A stretch of 64,000 nt of DNA from Lachnospiraceae bacterium UBA3287 (GTDB lineage Bacteria; Bacillota; Clostridia; Lachnospirales; Lachnospiraceae). The notes beneath the pieces were generated by a model that did no database searches, had not been told where the DNA came from, and saw only the letters and a program-made list of their open reading frames with translations. The translations under genes and the position numbers were made by a program. Shown here piece by piece: positions 48,496 to 58,483 of the stretch (position 1 is the stretch's first letter; each line of letters opens with the position of its first letter). The DNA lies in contig DETN01000131.1 in NCBI GenBank assembly GCA_002362155.1, positions 641 through 64,640 on the forward strand. Reading direction: 5' to 3'.

Positions 48496-49380
48496 ATGCA
48501 ACATAAAATTTCTACGGGCGAAAGGTTCTTCATTGCCTTCTGCCTGCTCCTGATCCTTTGCATAGCAGCCGGATTTCCTATTCTCTACATCCGTATCTCC
48601 TCCCGGTCCCCCGAAAGGAGAGAAGCTGCCATGCCTTCCGATGTGATTTCCGACCAGCTGACAGAAAACCTGGTCTTTACGGACTTATCCATTCCTGCTG
48701 CAGCCAGCTTCGAACAGTCGGGCCAGCTCTTTCCGGACAGTGACGAAAGAGCCCTGACGGAAGAAGACATCTCCTCTCTGAAAAGCTGTGTATCCTCGTC
48801 CTTCCAGTACCGGATCCTGATCCGCCTGGCCATCAACGAGATCTATGCCAGAAAGGGGCTTCACTTCAGCGAATCCGGTCCCTTCTGGTCCTTCTACAGC
48901 AATTTTGACTGGTATACGGACGCACTCCGGGACGGAGTCAGCGACAATGATCTGAGCGAACAGGAAAAGGACAACGTCAGCTTCCTGACCCGCACGGAAA
49001 AGGCGGAAAGAGAAAACGCCCCCTATTACAGGGATCTGGTGGAACTGGTCCCCCTTACCGGCAGCTACGAGCAGGCCAGGCGCTATGCCACCTGTCTGGG
49101 CGGCAGCCTGATCAAGATCACCGATAACGGGACGCAGGAGATCGTAGAGGACCTGATCGGGTCCTCCGAAGCAAAAGAGCGCTTCTGGACCGCCGGGTAT
49201 TATCAGGACGGCAAATGGCGCTGGGACGAAACAAGTGCCGTGGATTTCAACGCCTGGGCAGGCGGCGAACCCTCCGAAAGCGGGAGCGGCGCAAGGCTTC
49301 TGGTCTCTGAAGACGGCTCCTGGGTCACTGAAGAAGATCTGTCCAGTTCCTGTATGTTCCTGATCAGATACAACCGCTGA
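48496..49380 (+). CDS. Membrane-anchored YARHG plus C-type-lectin-like domain protein
   Basis: N-terminal TM; LFPDSD.R.LT..D...NEIYARKG; then SYEQAR......GGSL..I, FW..G, W.W, F.AWAGGEP. Confidence 0.8.
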   Translation: MQHKISTGERFFIAFCLLLILCIAAGFPILYIRISSRSPERREAAMPSDVISDQLTENLVFTDLSIPAAASFEQSGQLFPDSDERALTEEDISSLKSCVSSSFQYRILIRLAINEIYARKGLHFSESGPFWSFYSNFDWYTDALRDGVSDNDLSEQEKDNVSFLTRTEKAERENAPYYRDLVELVPLTGSYEQARRYATCLGGSLIKITDNGTQEIVEDLIGSSEAKERFWTAGYYQDGKWRWDETSAVDFNAWAGGEPSESGSGARLLVSEDGSWVTEEDLSSSCMFLIRYNR

Positions 49381-49402
49381 TCATCTTCATATTAAAAAAC
49401 AG

Positions 49403-49451
49403 ACAAGGGCCCCTTCCGTGCAGCAAATGCTGCAGACGGAAGGGGCCCTGT
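49403..49451. terminator. Hairpin terminator between convergent genes
   Basis: AGGGCCCCTTCCGT...ACGGAAGGGGCCCT stem. Confidence 0.7.
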
Positions 49452-49488
49452 TATGTCCGAAATATTCCGGACGGCCGAAAAACTGCTT

Positions 49489-49971
49489 TTATGATTCCGG
49501 TTCCTCTGTATAGGGAATATCCGCCAGGTCAAAGGCTTCCCTGACCCACCGGGCGGCATCCGTTTCCTCCCCGCCGGTCCTGAGTTCAAACCGGGTTCCC
49601 AGGCCTCCGAAGGCCGTCAGGAAATCCTTCAGTTCTTCCCCGTCCCGGCAGGTCCAGCCGTTTACACTGACATGTTCTCCGTCCGCCAGGACCTCCACCC
49701 TTTCGGGCAGGGTCTCCCTGAAGGCATCCGGATCTGCCAGCACATCTGCCAGGGTCACTGCCTTCTCTTCTCCCTTTTCCAGGACCTGGGCCGGAGCATT
49801 CTCCGGTCCCTGGTTTTCCTCTCCTTTACCAAAGTTAAACCCTTTCCCCCTGGTAAAAATGATCAGGACCACTGCCAGAATGACACTGGCCAGGACCGGT
49901 CCTTTCTTTCTGCCGATCACGTCCCTGCTTTCCCGGTCTTCCATGTTCTCCATATTTTCTCTGTTTTCCAT
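49489..49971 (-). CDS. Hypothetical single-TM protein
   Basis: AGGAG RBS, MENRENMEN..., TM VLASVILAVVLIIF. Confidence 0.65.
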   Translation of the reverse strand: MENRENMENMEDRESRDVIGRKKGPVLASVILAVVLIIFTRGKGFNFGKGEENQGPENAPAQVLEKGEEKAVTLADVLADPDAFRETLPERVEVLADGEHVSVNGWTCRDGEELKDFLTAFGGLGTRFELRTGGEETDAARWVREAFDLADIPYTEEPES

Positions 49972-50190
49972 CTGAATCTCCTTCCGGCCTGCCTGCCCTG
50001 TTTCTGCACGCCATATACTATAGCACTTTTCCCGGCCTTTGTTCTTTTTCTTTTTGTTTAAGCCAGGACCGCAAATGCGGGCAGGCTCCGCCGGCCGGAT
50101 GAAAGAAAGGAACATACAGACTTAAAAAAGGCCTGCCGGGAAACACTTTTTTCCGACAGGCCTTTTCCGGCAGCTGTTTCTTTCCTTCCT

Positions 50191-50778
50191 TCAGTTGAAT
50201 GACCAGGGCTGGCAATAGGAGCTCGGACTGTAGGCGAAGCCGTTCTGGTATTTGACCGTCACGTAGAGGGTCTTTTCCGGATCCACCAGCTTCACGTAGC
50301 AGACATCGTCCTCGAACCGGTCGGTGATATCCAGGGACTGCCCGTGGTAATAGATCCATACGGATCCGTCTTCCCTGTACTCCACATCCGGAGCATCCAG
50401 GTGCTCCATCAGCTCTTCCTGTGTAAGAGGGCGCTCCGTCCCGTCAGCTTCGATGGCTACGCCGCCTCCCTGGGTCTCGTGCACCTGGCCTTTTTCATCT
50501 TCGTAGGTAAGGCTGTAGTGTCCATTTTCAGTCTCCAGGACCGCTTCTGTCTGATCTCCGCGGATCCAGACCTGGAGCTTTCTCTGAATATGTCCCACGT
50601 CCGAAGCATAGGCCCCTGTGGATACTGCCGCCACCAGGACCAGGGCCGCAAAAGCGGGCGCAAGCCTTGCAAATGTATTTCTCTTATCTCTTTTCATCGC
50701 TGTTTCCTCCGTCACCAGTCTTTTTTCGGAGGCGTGAAGCGTGGAAAAGGTTCTTTTATATCGTTCTTTATTCGTCAT
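50191..50778 (-). CDS. Putative anti-sigma factor (single TM)
   Basis: Overlaps the ECF sigma stop; MTNKERYKRTFS.LH N-terminus, TM, extracellular domain. Confidence 0.78.
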   Translation of the reverse strand: MTNKERYKRTFSTLHASEKRLVTEETAMKRDKRNTFARLAPAFAALVLVAAVSTGAYASDVGHIQRKLQVWIRGDQTEAVLETENGHYSLTYEDEKGQVHETQGGGVAIEADGTERPLTQEELMEHLDAPDVEYREDGSVWIYYHGQSLDITDRFEDDVCYVKLVDPEKTLYVTVKYQNGFAYSPSSYCQPWSFN

Positions 50779-51250
50779 CGTTCCAGTCCTCCGTCAGTGT
50801 TTTCTTAAGGAGATCCCGCCCTCTGCTGAGCAGGCTTTTCACGGTTCCTTCCCGTTTTTCCAGGATATCTGCGATTTCCTTAATGCTCAGGTCTTCGTAG
50901 TAAAACAGATGAATGACCGTGCGGTATCTGTCGGGCAGGTTCATGACCGCCGCGAAGAGTCTGCTGTCACCCGGCTCTTCGAAGGGAAGCTCTGCCATAT
51001 ATTCCTCCCAGGAGACCCGGCTGCGCCTCCAGAAGGACATGCGCAGGTCTCTGGCCCGGTTGATGGCCACCCTCATAAGCCATGCCCTGACATGATTTTC
51101 ATCCGTATAGTCATACTTTCCGGTATGGTATCTGATAAACGTGTCCTGTACTACGTCGTCCGATTCATCCTGATTTCTGCAGACACTGAATGCGGCGGCA
51201 AAGACACGGTCGGCATACCGTCTGTACGCCTCTTCAGTGGTCAGCCTCAT
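50768..51250 (-). CDS. ECF RNA polymerase sigma factor
   Basis: DVVQDTF, AWLMRVAIN, LP..YR.VIHLFYYE.LS..EIA, GTVKS.L.RGR. Confidence 0.95.
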   Translation of the reverse strand: MRLTTEEAYRRYADRVFAAAFSVCRNQDESDDVVQDTFIRYHTGKYDYTDENHVRAWLMRVAINRARDLRMSFWRRSRVSWEEYMAELPFEEPGDSRLFAAVMNLPDRYRTVIHLFYYEDLSIKEIADILEKREGTVKSLLSRGRDLLKKTLTEDWNDDE

Positions 51251-51293
51251 GGTGCATCTCCGTTTTCTTATTTGAAAGGTCCTTTCAATAATA

Positions 51294-51321
51294 GAACGAT
51301 TCCGGAGGGAAAAAGGTTGCA
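51294..51321 (-). promoter_or_regulatory. Probable ECF autoregulatory promoter
   Basis: Minus strand TGCAAC-N17-CGTTC upstream of the sigma gene (AAC/CGT ECF pattern). Confidence 0.65.
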
Positions 51322-51423
51322 GAAGAAAAAATTTTTTTGAAATACTCAGAACAGGGCCCTGCGGATCAGATCCGCAGAGCCCCGGCTCCTGTCATGATGT
51401 ATATTTTATGGATCACAGTTTAA

Positions 51424-53043
51424 TTATGCATTGTTGCTGCCTGCAGTCTTTGTGCTGCCCGAGGAAGCGTCGACAGAATCACCGGATGGCTTTCCGGAGG
51501 GCTTTCCGGAGGGCTTGCCAGAAGGCTTTTCTCCGGAAGGCTTCCGGCCCGAATGCCTTTCTTCGGAGCCGCTGCCCCTTTCTTCGCCGGAACCTTCCGA
51601 ACCCGGCGCTTTACGGTTTTCTTCCTGGGAGTGTCCGGAAGATTCGGAAACGATCTCTGCGGCTTCTCCCTGGGACTCTGTGCCGGCCTCGTAGGCCTGT
51701 CCGTTCACGTAAAGGGTATAGCCATTTAAGTCGATGGCATCCTCTCCGCAGGTCAGAGCGGTGATATAGGAGTCGCCTGTCAGCGTCCAGGTGCTTCCGC
51801 TTTCGATCTCCACATATACGCTGCCGGCAGCCCCGTCCCTGTTAATGGCACCCGTAAAGCTGCTCTGGTCCTTCAGATAAAGATTGAGCACGGATACCTG
51901 GTCTGCGATCATGTCACCGTCGATGGTCTGGTCCGATGCGGTCAGGCTGACCCTGCCTCCGTTGGAGCCTTCTGTGCCCCAGCCGGCTGCCTGGGCCCTG
52001 AGAAATACGCCTTCAGCGTCTTCATTGACGATCTCCGCTCCTGTCAGGCTGATCTTACAGGACGTATTGTTGACAAAGAAAATATCGCCGTTTTTATTGG
52101 TCAGGCTTCCGCCCTCCATGGTAAAGGAGGATGTTCCCGTGTCCGCGTCGCCGGACATGGACTGGTAGATCATGACCGCCTGATAGGTATCGGACTTGTC
52201 GGAATTCTTGGTATTGTTGTCGGCCGTCAGAGTCACGTCCTTTAAGGTGACGGAATTCTTTCCTTCCACCACCACGCCCTGGGAGGCTGTGGATTCCAGG
52301 TAAGCGTCGGATACAGTGATATCCGCTGTGGAATAAATGACAGGGGAGCCTGTCCCGGAGGTCTTATAATAGCCGCCCTCCACGTTTACGGTACCGCCGC
52401 CCCGGTCGGACCGGATGGCTGCGGAGGACCTGCCGCTGGTCTCTATGGTCAGGTCGGATGCGTTCATGGTGCCGCCGCCCGTGGTCATCAGGCCGCCGGA
52501 GCAGCTGCCGCTGGTAGTAATGACCGAATGGGAAATATTCACTGTAGTGCCTTCCCCGTAGGAGAAGACGCCGTTGGCATGGGTGCCGTCCGTGTCGATC
52601 ACGGCATCCGAAATGGTCAGCGATGCTCCGTTCGTCGCAAAGACAGCGGCGTTCTCGCCGTAGAAATCGGCCTCGTCGCCTTCGGCTTCGCCGGTCTTGG
52701 TCACCCGGATGCCGGAATAGGAAGCTTCCTCTCCGTCTGCCTCAATGGCGTGTTCTCCGTCTGCGTCACTGGAATATTCTTCACTGACGGTGATCTCTTC
52801 CGCGCTTAAGGGGACTCCCGCTGCCGTCTCTTTTTCAGTGTCGCCCTCCGCTTTCTCTGCAGTCTCTTCGCTCTCTGTATCTGCTGCGGCTTCCCCGGTT
52901 TCCCCGGTTTCCGCCAAGGCTTCCTGTGTCTCTTCAGCGGCAGCGCTTTCCGTGGAGGAGCATCCTGTCAGAGCAGCGGATGCGACCGCCGCGCTCAGCA
53001 TAAGGGCTGTCATAACTTTTGCAAATCTCTTCTGGTCTCTCAT
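51424..53043 (-). CDS. Lipoprotein with predicted right-handed beta-helix domain
   Basis: Lipobox LTGC; repeating I.T.G..S.G/A units, SAAIRSDRGGG, YQSMSGDA, W.LTGDSYI..L. Confidence 0.8.
   Translation of the reverse strand: MRDQKRFAKVMTALMLSAAVASAALTGCSSTESAAAEETQEALAETGETGEAAADTESEETAEKAEGDTEKETAAGVPLSAEEITVSEEYSSDADGEHAIEADGEEASYSGIRVTKTGEAEGDEADFYGENAAVFATNGASLTISDAVIDTDGTHANGVFSYGEGTTVNISHSVITTSGSCSGGLMTTGGGTMNASDLTIETSGRSSAAIRSDRGGGTVNVEGGYYKTSGTGSPVIYSTADITVSDAYLESTASQGVVVEGKNSVTLKDVTLTADNNTKNSDKSDTYQAVMIYQSMSGDADTGTSSFTMEGGSLTNKNGDIFFVNNTSCKISLTGAEIVNEDAEGVFLRAQAAGWGTEGSNGGRVSLTASDQTIDGDMIADQVSVLNLYLKDQSSFTGAINRDGAAGSVYVEIESGSTWTLTGDSYITALTCGEDAIDLNGYTLYVNGQAYEAGTESQGEAAEIVSESSGHSQEENRKAPGSEGSGEERGSGSEERHSGRKPSGEKPSGKPSGKPSGKPSGDSVDASSGSTKTAGSNNA
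51481..51548 (-). repeat. In-frame 12-bp tandem repeats encoding GKPS
   Basis: Translation RKPSGEKPSGKPSGKPSGKPSG. Confidence 0.85.
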
Positions 53044-53455
53044 TTTTTCCTTTCCGCCTTCTTTGGCAAGGCTTTCATTTTAGTCATCAGCGCAGGTCTC
53101 TGAAACGGCCCGCGGCTGTTGTTTTCTGTTCTGAGAGGGAGTATAGAAGGATTACCTTTGACGAAGCTTAGAAAATGAAGGACAAAAATAAAGATTCCGT
53201 AAACTGGACTGATTTCCCGCCCCCCCAAAAATGCTCTTCAGAGCTGCAGGTAAGACATAATGAGGATAGTTTTTTTGTACCCTATCCCATGAAGGATTAG
53301 AGGACAAATAGCTGTCCTCTTTTTTTTGTGCCCGAAAATCCGGGAAAATCAATGCTTTCCGGTCATTACATATGAATTAAGAGGGCATCCAATGTGACGC
53401 ACAAGGTCATAAAAATGCGTCTGATGAATCGGTAGAATGGGGCCATGGCCTGACA

Positions 53456-54553
53456 GTGGAGCGGAACATCCTGAACGCAATCCGTGTGGTCGCACAGAGA
53501 AATCCCTATCATCCGATCCGGGATTATCTGGAATCCCTGGTCTGGGATGGTCAGGAACGTATGCGGAACGTTCTGCATCACTTCCTGGGAGTCAAGGAAG
53601 ACGATCTGCCCTATGAATGCCTGAAGCTTTTTATGCTCGGCGCGGTGGAGCGTGTTTATCATCCTGGGTGCAAGTTTGAGATCATGCTCTGCCTGGTGGG
53701 AGAACAGGGGCTCGGCAAGTCCAGCTTCTTCCGGTTCCTGGCGCTGAAGGACGAATGGTTCTCCGATGATCTGAAGCGAATGGATGATGAGAATGTTTAC
53801 CGGAAGATGCAGGGGCATTGGATCATCGAAATGGCCGAAATGCTGGGAACGGCCAGTGCCAAAAGTGTGGAGGAAATCAAGGCATTCCTGTCCCGTCAGA
53901 AGGAAACCTATAAAGTCCCCTATGACAAGTTCCCGAAAGATCGCCGCCGCCAGTGCGTCTTTGTTGGCACTTCCAATAAGCAGCGCTTCCTTCCTCTGGA
54001 CCGGACCGGCAACCGGCGTTTCTATCCGATTCAGACGAACATCGAGGAAGCCGAGGTCCATGTCCTGGATGATGAAAAGGCCACCAGAGCCTATATGGAT
54101 CAGCTCTGGGCTGAACTCATGGTCATCTACCGGAGCGGTGACTGGTCATTGACGCTCACGCCGGAGATGGAGCACCGGCTCGGAGTCTTCCGGATGAACT
54201 TTATGGCCGAAGATACCAGTACCGGCATGGTCCAGGCTTTCCTGGATGGCTTCAGGGGCGATTATGTCTGCACGAAGCTGCTCTTCAATGAGTGCTATCA
54301 CATGTTGGGCGAACCGGATCGGAAGAACATCGGTGAGATCAATGACATCATGAACAATACCATCGAGGGATGGATCCCAGGTCCGCAGCATCGGTTTGAC
54401 CGCTACGGCCAGCAGCGTTCCTTGGTCCGGGTCAAGATGCCCGACAAAGGAAAAGCCAATACAGTGGAGCCTGTTTCCCCGACAGAGGGTGAATACCGGC
54501 AGCTCGACCTGGATGGCTTTGAACAGTATCACGAGGGCGATGGTCCCTTCTGA
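53456..54553 (+). pseudogene. VapE/VirE-family primase-helicase, apparently 5'-truncated
   Basis: YHPIRDYL..L.WDG, PGCKF, G.QG.GKS, WFSD, E.AE, R.CVF.GTSN, D.TGNRRF; similarity begins mid-protein, no RBS. Confidence 0.78.
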
Positions 54554-54801
54554 CCATCGTTCCTGTTTACACTTCGTTGACAGTCCGGAAAGCAGATGAT
54601 TCCTTGTTTTCGGGGCTTTTTCTTTACCCTTTTTTTGTAAACAGGCTTTCAAAACTTTTTAGAATTTGCGGATTGTGGCAGGGAGAATCAGCGGAAGAAT
54701 TGAGTGTTTGCAGCCTCGTTTACGGTTTCGTTTACAGCGAAAGACCCCATCTTCCATCTCCCTGTCGGGCTCTGTGCCGCCAGGCACAGCATGAAAGGAC
54801 A

Positions 54802-54987
54802 ATGACTATGAATGATGTAATGAACAAAGAGAAACAGTTTGAAGAAGCCGGCAAACGCCGGATCGTGATTGATGGTACCCCATATACCGTGATGGTATTC
54901 TTCCGGACGGATACGAAGGAAACCGGAATGGGTAAGATCATTGGGCTGGCAAAGCGAGAACTTGCAACCAATCTGTTATCAGAATGA
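54802..54987 (+). CDS. Transposon-encoded TnpW-family protein
   Basis: AAAGGA RBS; IDGTPYTVMVFFRTDTKETGMGKIIGLAKRE resembles TnpW. Confidence 0.72.
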   Translation: MTMNDVMNKEKQFEEAGKRRIVIDGTPYTVMVFFRTDTKETGMGKIIGLAKRELATNLLSE

Positions 54988-55085
54988 AAACAAGGTTGGT
55001 GCTCAATATCAGCACCAACCTGTGGAAGTCCTTCCAGTGGGTCATTTTGACCCACTGCGGTACATATAATAACCGGAAAGTCACT

Positions 55086-55805
55086 TTAATCGGAATTAAC
55101 AGGAAGAGTCTCTGAAATATATTCCCGCACCGTTTGATAAACATCTTCGAATGCAGGCTTGGAGACATCCCCGTCAAACCGAAACTTATTATAGGCATGC
55201 CGTAGTTCATCAGGCTTGTTTAAGAAGCCATCAAATGATCCGAGGGATCTTCCATTGCCTTTCACTGCCTGAAGGACTTTCCGCCAGTCGGGTGTATACA
55301 CCTGTGCTGCGTAATACAGATCGATCAGGTCTTTTACTCTTCGGAATACTTTATCGCCGGATATAACAGAAAGCTTATCCGCCAGCATTGGCAGCAGAGC
55401 TGACCCCCGGAACCGTATTTCCTCGACCTCGTAAATTTTTGTCTCTACGGCAGGACGGTTTACGTCGATATCCATTGTAAACAAGATTTCACCGGAAGAT
55501 GGCTCGGACAGTTCAAAACCTGCTGAACGGCCTTCACCGTACATCCGGTATAGCTTGACATTCAGATCGATGCTGCTGTTTCGGAGGGCTTTTTGAATGG
55601 ATTCCGCCATCTGTTCTCCAGAAGGCCATTCATCGGAATACCAGTTTGCATCGATATCGACGGTATGACGAGTGTCATCCGTGAAGCCGGCTTCCATCAG
55701 ACAGGCTTTCAGGACCATAGAACCTTTGAAACTGATCGGTATTCCACTCTCATAGATGGCTTTCATGACATTGTACATCAGTCGTTCTTCTGCTGAAATC
55801 TTCAT
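55086..55805 (-). CDS. AbiEii-family nucleotidyltransferase (type IV TA toxin)
   Basis: FKGSMVL...RHTVDID, LADK, RRVKDLIDLY motifs. Confidence 0.85.
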   Translation of the reverse strand: MKISAEERLMYNVMKAIYESGIPISFKGSMVLKACLMEAGFTDDTRHTVDIDANWYSDEWPSGEQMAESIQKALRNSSIDLNVKLYRMYGEGRSAGFELSEPSSGEILFTMDIDVNRPAVETKIYEVEEIRFRGSALLPMLADKLSVISGDKVFRRVKDLIDLYYAAQVYTPDWRKVLQAVKGNGRSLGSFDGFLNKPDELRHAYNKFRFDGDVSKPAFEDVYQTVREYISETLPVNSD

Positions 55806-55815
55806 ATCTGCCCCC

Positions 55816-56472
55816 TTAACTGTCGTAATAGGACCTGGCGTCCTGTGCCAGTCTTTCAAATGCTTCCTGATATTCCGGGGTTACGGAAAGTCCTTCAAAG
55901 CTTTCTCCGTTGGAGAAGTAATAGCGGCTGACAGCTTCGGTTACTCCCTGCATATCCAGGATAGATTCATTGGCAAGAGCATCTGATATCGTTCGGTTCA
56001 GATCGGTGAATCGCAGGCCGTTCTTCTCAAGAACGCAAAAGGGGCTTACCTTTCTTCCCAGCACAGCCACACCGTTAAAGCGGTTCAATGACTCATCACC
56101 GTATACCCACACAATATATTCATCATTTCTTCCGCCGAAGTTTCCCTGGCACATCAACGCCTGATCCAGTGCAAAAACGACATCTTCACCTAGGCAATCC
56201 CGGACAGCTCTCAGCCACGAGAGAGATCCGATGTAGTTTTCTCTCCGGGGGAGGTCGACCTTTTTGGGATCATACTTTGGCAAAGCAGAAGTCCTTCTGT
56301 TGACCAGATCTTCCTTCACCTGACGTTCCAGCAGGCGCACGATGTATTCAGGAGGCTTGCGTACCCCTGTTTCCCAGTTCTGAATCGTTCTGAAAGGGAT
56401 TCGATAGCGGTCAGCGAATTCACTTTGGGTGTCACCCAATTCTGCCCTCATTTCACGTATTGTCATAGCCAT
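55816..56472 (-). CDS. XRE HTH plus AbiEi-like C-terminal domain (putative antitoxin)
   Basis: TQSEFA..Y.IP.RTIQNWE.G.R.PP; C-terminal NGLRFTDLNRTISD; directly upstream of the toxin. Confidence 0.75.
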   Translation of the reverse strand: MAMTIREMRAELGDTQSEFADRYRIPFRTIQNWETGVRKPPEYIVRLLERQVKEDLVNRRTSALPKYDPKKVDLPRRENYIGSLSWLRAVRDCLGEDVVFALDQALMCQGNFGGRNDEYIVWVYGDESLNRFNGVAVLGRKVSPFCVLEKNGLRFTDLNRTISDALANESILDMQGVTEAVSRYYFSNGESFEGLSVTPEYQEAFERLAQDARSYYDS

Positions 56473-56487
56473 TCCTCCTTGTCTATA

Positions 56488-56516
56488 TTAATACACCCAA
56501 TGAGTGTATTTGTCAA
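56488..56516 (-). promoter_or_regulatory. TA promoter with operator palindrome in the spacer
   Basis: Minus strand TTGACA followed by AATACAC-TCATTGG-GTGTATT inverted repeat and an AT-rich -10. Confidence 0.65.
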
Positions 56517-56794
56517 GGAGAAAGATCGGAATGCCTAAGTTGATACAACTGGTGAAGAGGAATCTCACGTCAAATCCGACGCCGATATGACAGTGAAAAG
56601 TGGTTTGGGTCATTTTGACCACCACCACCTAACTGCAAAGTGTATTTTAGTAGGGGTACCCCAAAACCGCAAACCCGCATGAAATCAGCACTTTTTTTCA
56701 ACGACCTACTAAAAAACTCTTGACATTTTGTTTCAGGTGCAGTCATGAAGAGCATTTTTAATACTTATAAAGTTTTCTTCTGAAGGATCATGGA

Positions 56795-58384
56795 TCAGAG
56801 CAGGGGGGCGATCATGCGGAAGAGCCAGCCTGCTGCCTTTGCTCCCTTATTCAGGCTGCGGACTTCCGCTTCGGTCACCTGATGGCAGCGCCTCAGCGTC
56901 TCCTGGAAGTCTGCCTCAATGTCTGAAATGCAGGGGACCTTATAGAGATACGTGGCGCATTCAAAATGGTGGTAGAGACTGCGGTAGTCCAGGTTGATGG
57001 TGCCCACCGCCGCCCGGATATCGTCCGAAACGAATACCTTGGCATGGACAAAGCCCGGATCGTAGATATAGATCTTCACCCTGGACCGGATCAGGGAGGA
57101 GAAATAGGACCAGGCCAGATCATAGGGGATCTTCTTATCCGGAATGCCCGGCAGAATCAGCTTCACGTCGATCCCCTTCTGCCCCGCCATCTTCAGGGCC
57201 GAGAGCATCTCGTCGTCCAGGATCAGGTAGGGCGACATGATATGCACGTAGCTTTTTGCCCTGTAAAGGAAGTCCATGTAGACGTTCTCTCCCACCTTGT
57301 CCTCATCCATGGGATTATCCCCGTAGGGGATCACATAGCCGGGGGCGTCCGCCACCGGCAGGGCATGGCCCACAAAACGGTCCACATCCACGGTCTGGTC
57401 CACCAGGCCCCACATCTCCATGAACATGACCGTAAAGCCGTCCACGCCCGGTCCCTCCAGACGGACGGCCGTATCCTTCCAGTGGCCGTATTTGTCAATG
57501 GCATTGATATACTCATCCGCCAGGTTCACGCCGCCGTTGTAGGCCGTCTTTCCGTCAATGACCATGATCTTGCGGTGGTCCCTGTAATTGTAATAGGTAG
57601 ACACGAAGGGCGTCATGGGAGAAAAGACCTTGCACTGAATGCCAAGGGCCCTCAGCCGGTCCGGATAATCATGGGGCAGGGTGGAGAACTCACATGTCCC
57701 GTCATACATGACTCTTACATCCAGGCCCTCCGCCGCTTTCTGGGCCAGGACAGCCAGGATATCTCCCCACATCTTTCCCTCGTCTATGATAAAGAATTCC
57801 AGAAAGATAAAGTGCTCCGCCTTTCTCAGATCCTCCAGCATGGCTTCAAAGGCATACTCTCCCAGGGGATAAAAGGATACGGCCGTATTTCTGAAGACCG
57901 GGTAGTTTCCGGTCCCCGCTATATATCTGGCCAGGGCGGCTGTGGAAGGGCTCTCCAGCTTCAGGGCTCTGTAGCCCTCTGATTCCTCGGGAAGGACCTC
58001 CCGGATCTTTCTGGACCGGTCGACCAGGGCCGCTCTGACCACCCTGCTTCCCAGATCCCTTCTGGTATAAAGATAGAAGAAGCCTCCCACCAGGGGAAAT
58101 ACCAGCATGACCAGAAGCCAGGTCACCTTGGAGGTGGCGTTCATCTCGCTGTTGATCAGAAAAAGGATCATCAGGAACTGGACGATCACGGCCAGGCCCA
58201 CGTACTGGGGAAGCCATTCCGCCAGCCAGTGGACCGGAAGCATGATCAGCACGACGCCCAGCAGGAAGAAAAGAAGGATAATGCCGGTCCGGCTGAAAAG
58301 GACGCGGAACAGCCCCTTCCTGCCCTTCTTCAGGAGCATCATGGGTTTTATATCTTTTAAATCTGTCAAATTCTTTTCGGGCAT
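56795..58384 (-). CDS. cls: Cardiolipin synthase
   Basis: Two HKD motifs, RDHRKIMVID and HAKVFVSD; N-terminal TMs. Confidence 0.93.
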   Translation of the reverse strand: MPEKNLTDLKDIKPMMLLKKGRKGLFRVLFSRTGIILLFFLLGVVLIMLPVHWLAEWLPQYVGLAVIVQFLMILFLINSEMNATSKVTWLLVMLVFPLVGGFFYLYTRRDLGSRVVRAALVDRSRKIREVLPEESEGYRALKLESPSTAALARYIAGTGNYPVFRNTAVSFYPLGEYAFEAMLEDLRKAEHFIFLEFFIIDEGKMWGDILAVLAQKAAEGLDVRVMYDGTCEFSTLPHDYPDRLRALGIQCKVFSPMTPFVSTYYNYRDHRKIMVIDGKTAYNGGVNLADEYINAIDKYGHWKDTAVRLEGPGVDGFTVMFMEMWGLVDQTVDVDRFVGHALPVADAPGYVIPYGDNPMDEDKVGENVYMDFLYRAKSYVHIMSPYLILDDEMLSALKMAGQKGIDVKLILPGIPDKKIPYDLAWSYFSSLIRSRVKIYIYDPGFVHAKVFVSDDIRAAVGTINLDYRSLYHHFECATYLYKVPCISDIEADFQETLRRCHQVTEAEVRSLNKGAKAAGWLFRMIAPLL

Positions 58385-58483
58385 AATAAAACATCCTCCG
58401 CTGTCACAGTATAGCACAGGGGAGGATGTATCTTTAAGCACAAAATATTCTAATATGTCCCGTCAGAGTCGCATAGAGGAAAG

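Larger units (their letters stand above)
53330..56760. mobile_element. Remnant of an integrative mobilisable element (VapE/TnpW type) carrying an AbiE-like TA pair
   Basis: Visibly lower GC and different codon use; truncated VapE, TnpW, no recombinase or relaxase; boundaries approximate. Confidence 0.75.

Noticed and set aside
53248-53280. dif-like site at the left edge of the element
   Set aside because: Only a partial XerD-like arm (TTATGT) with no convincing second arm
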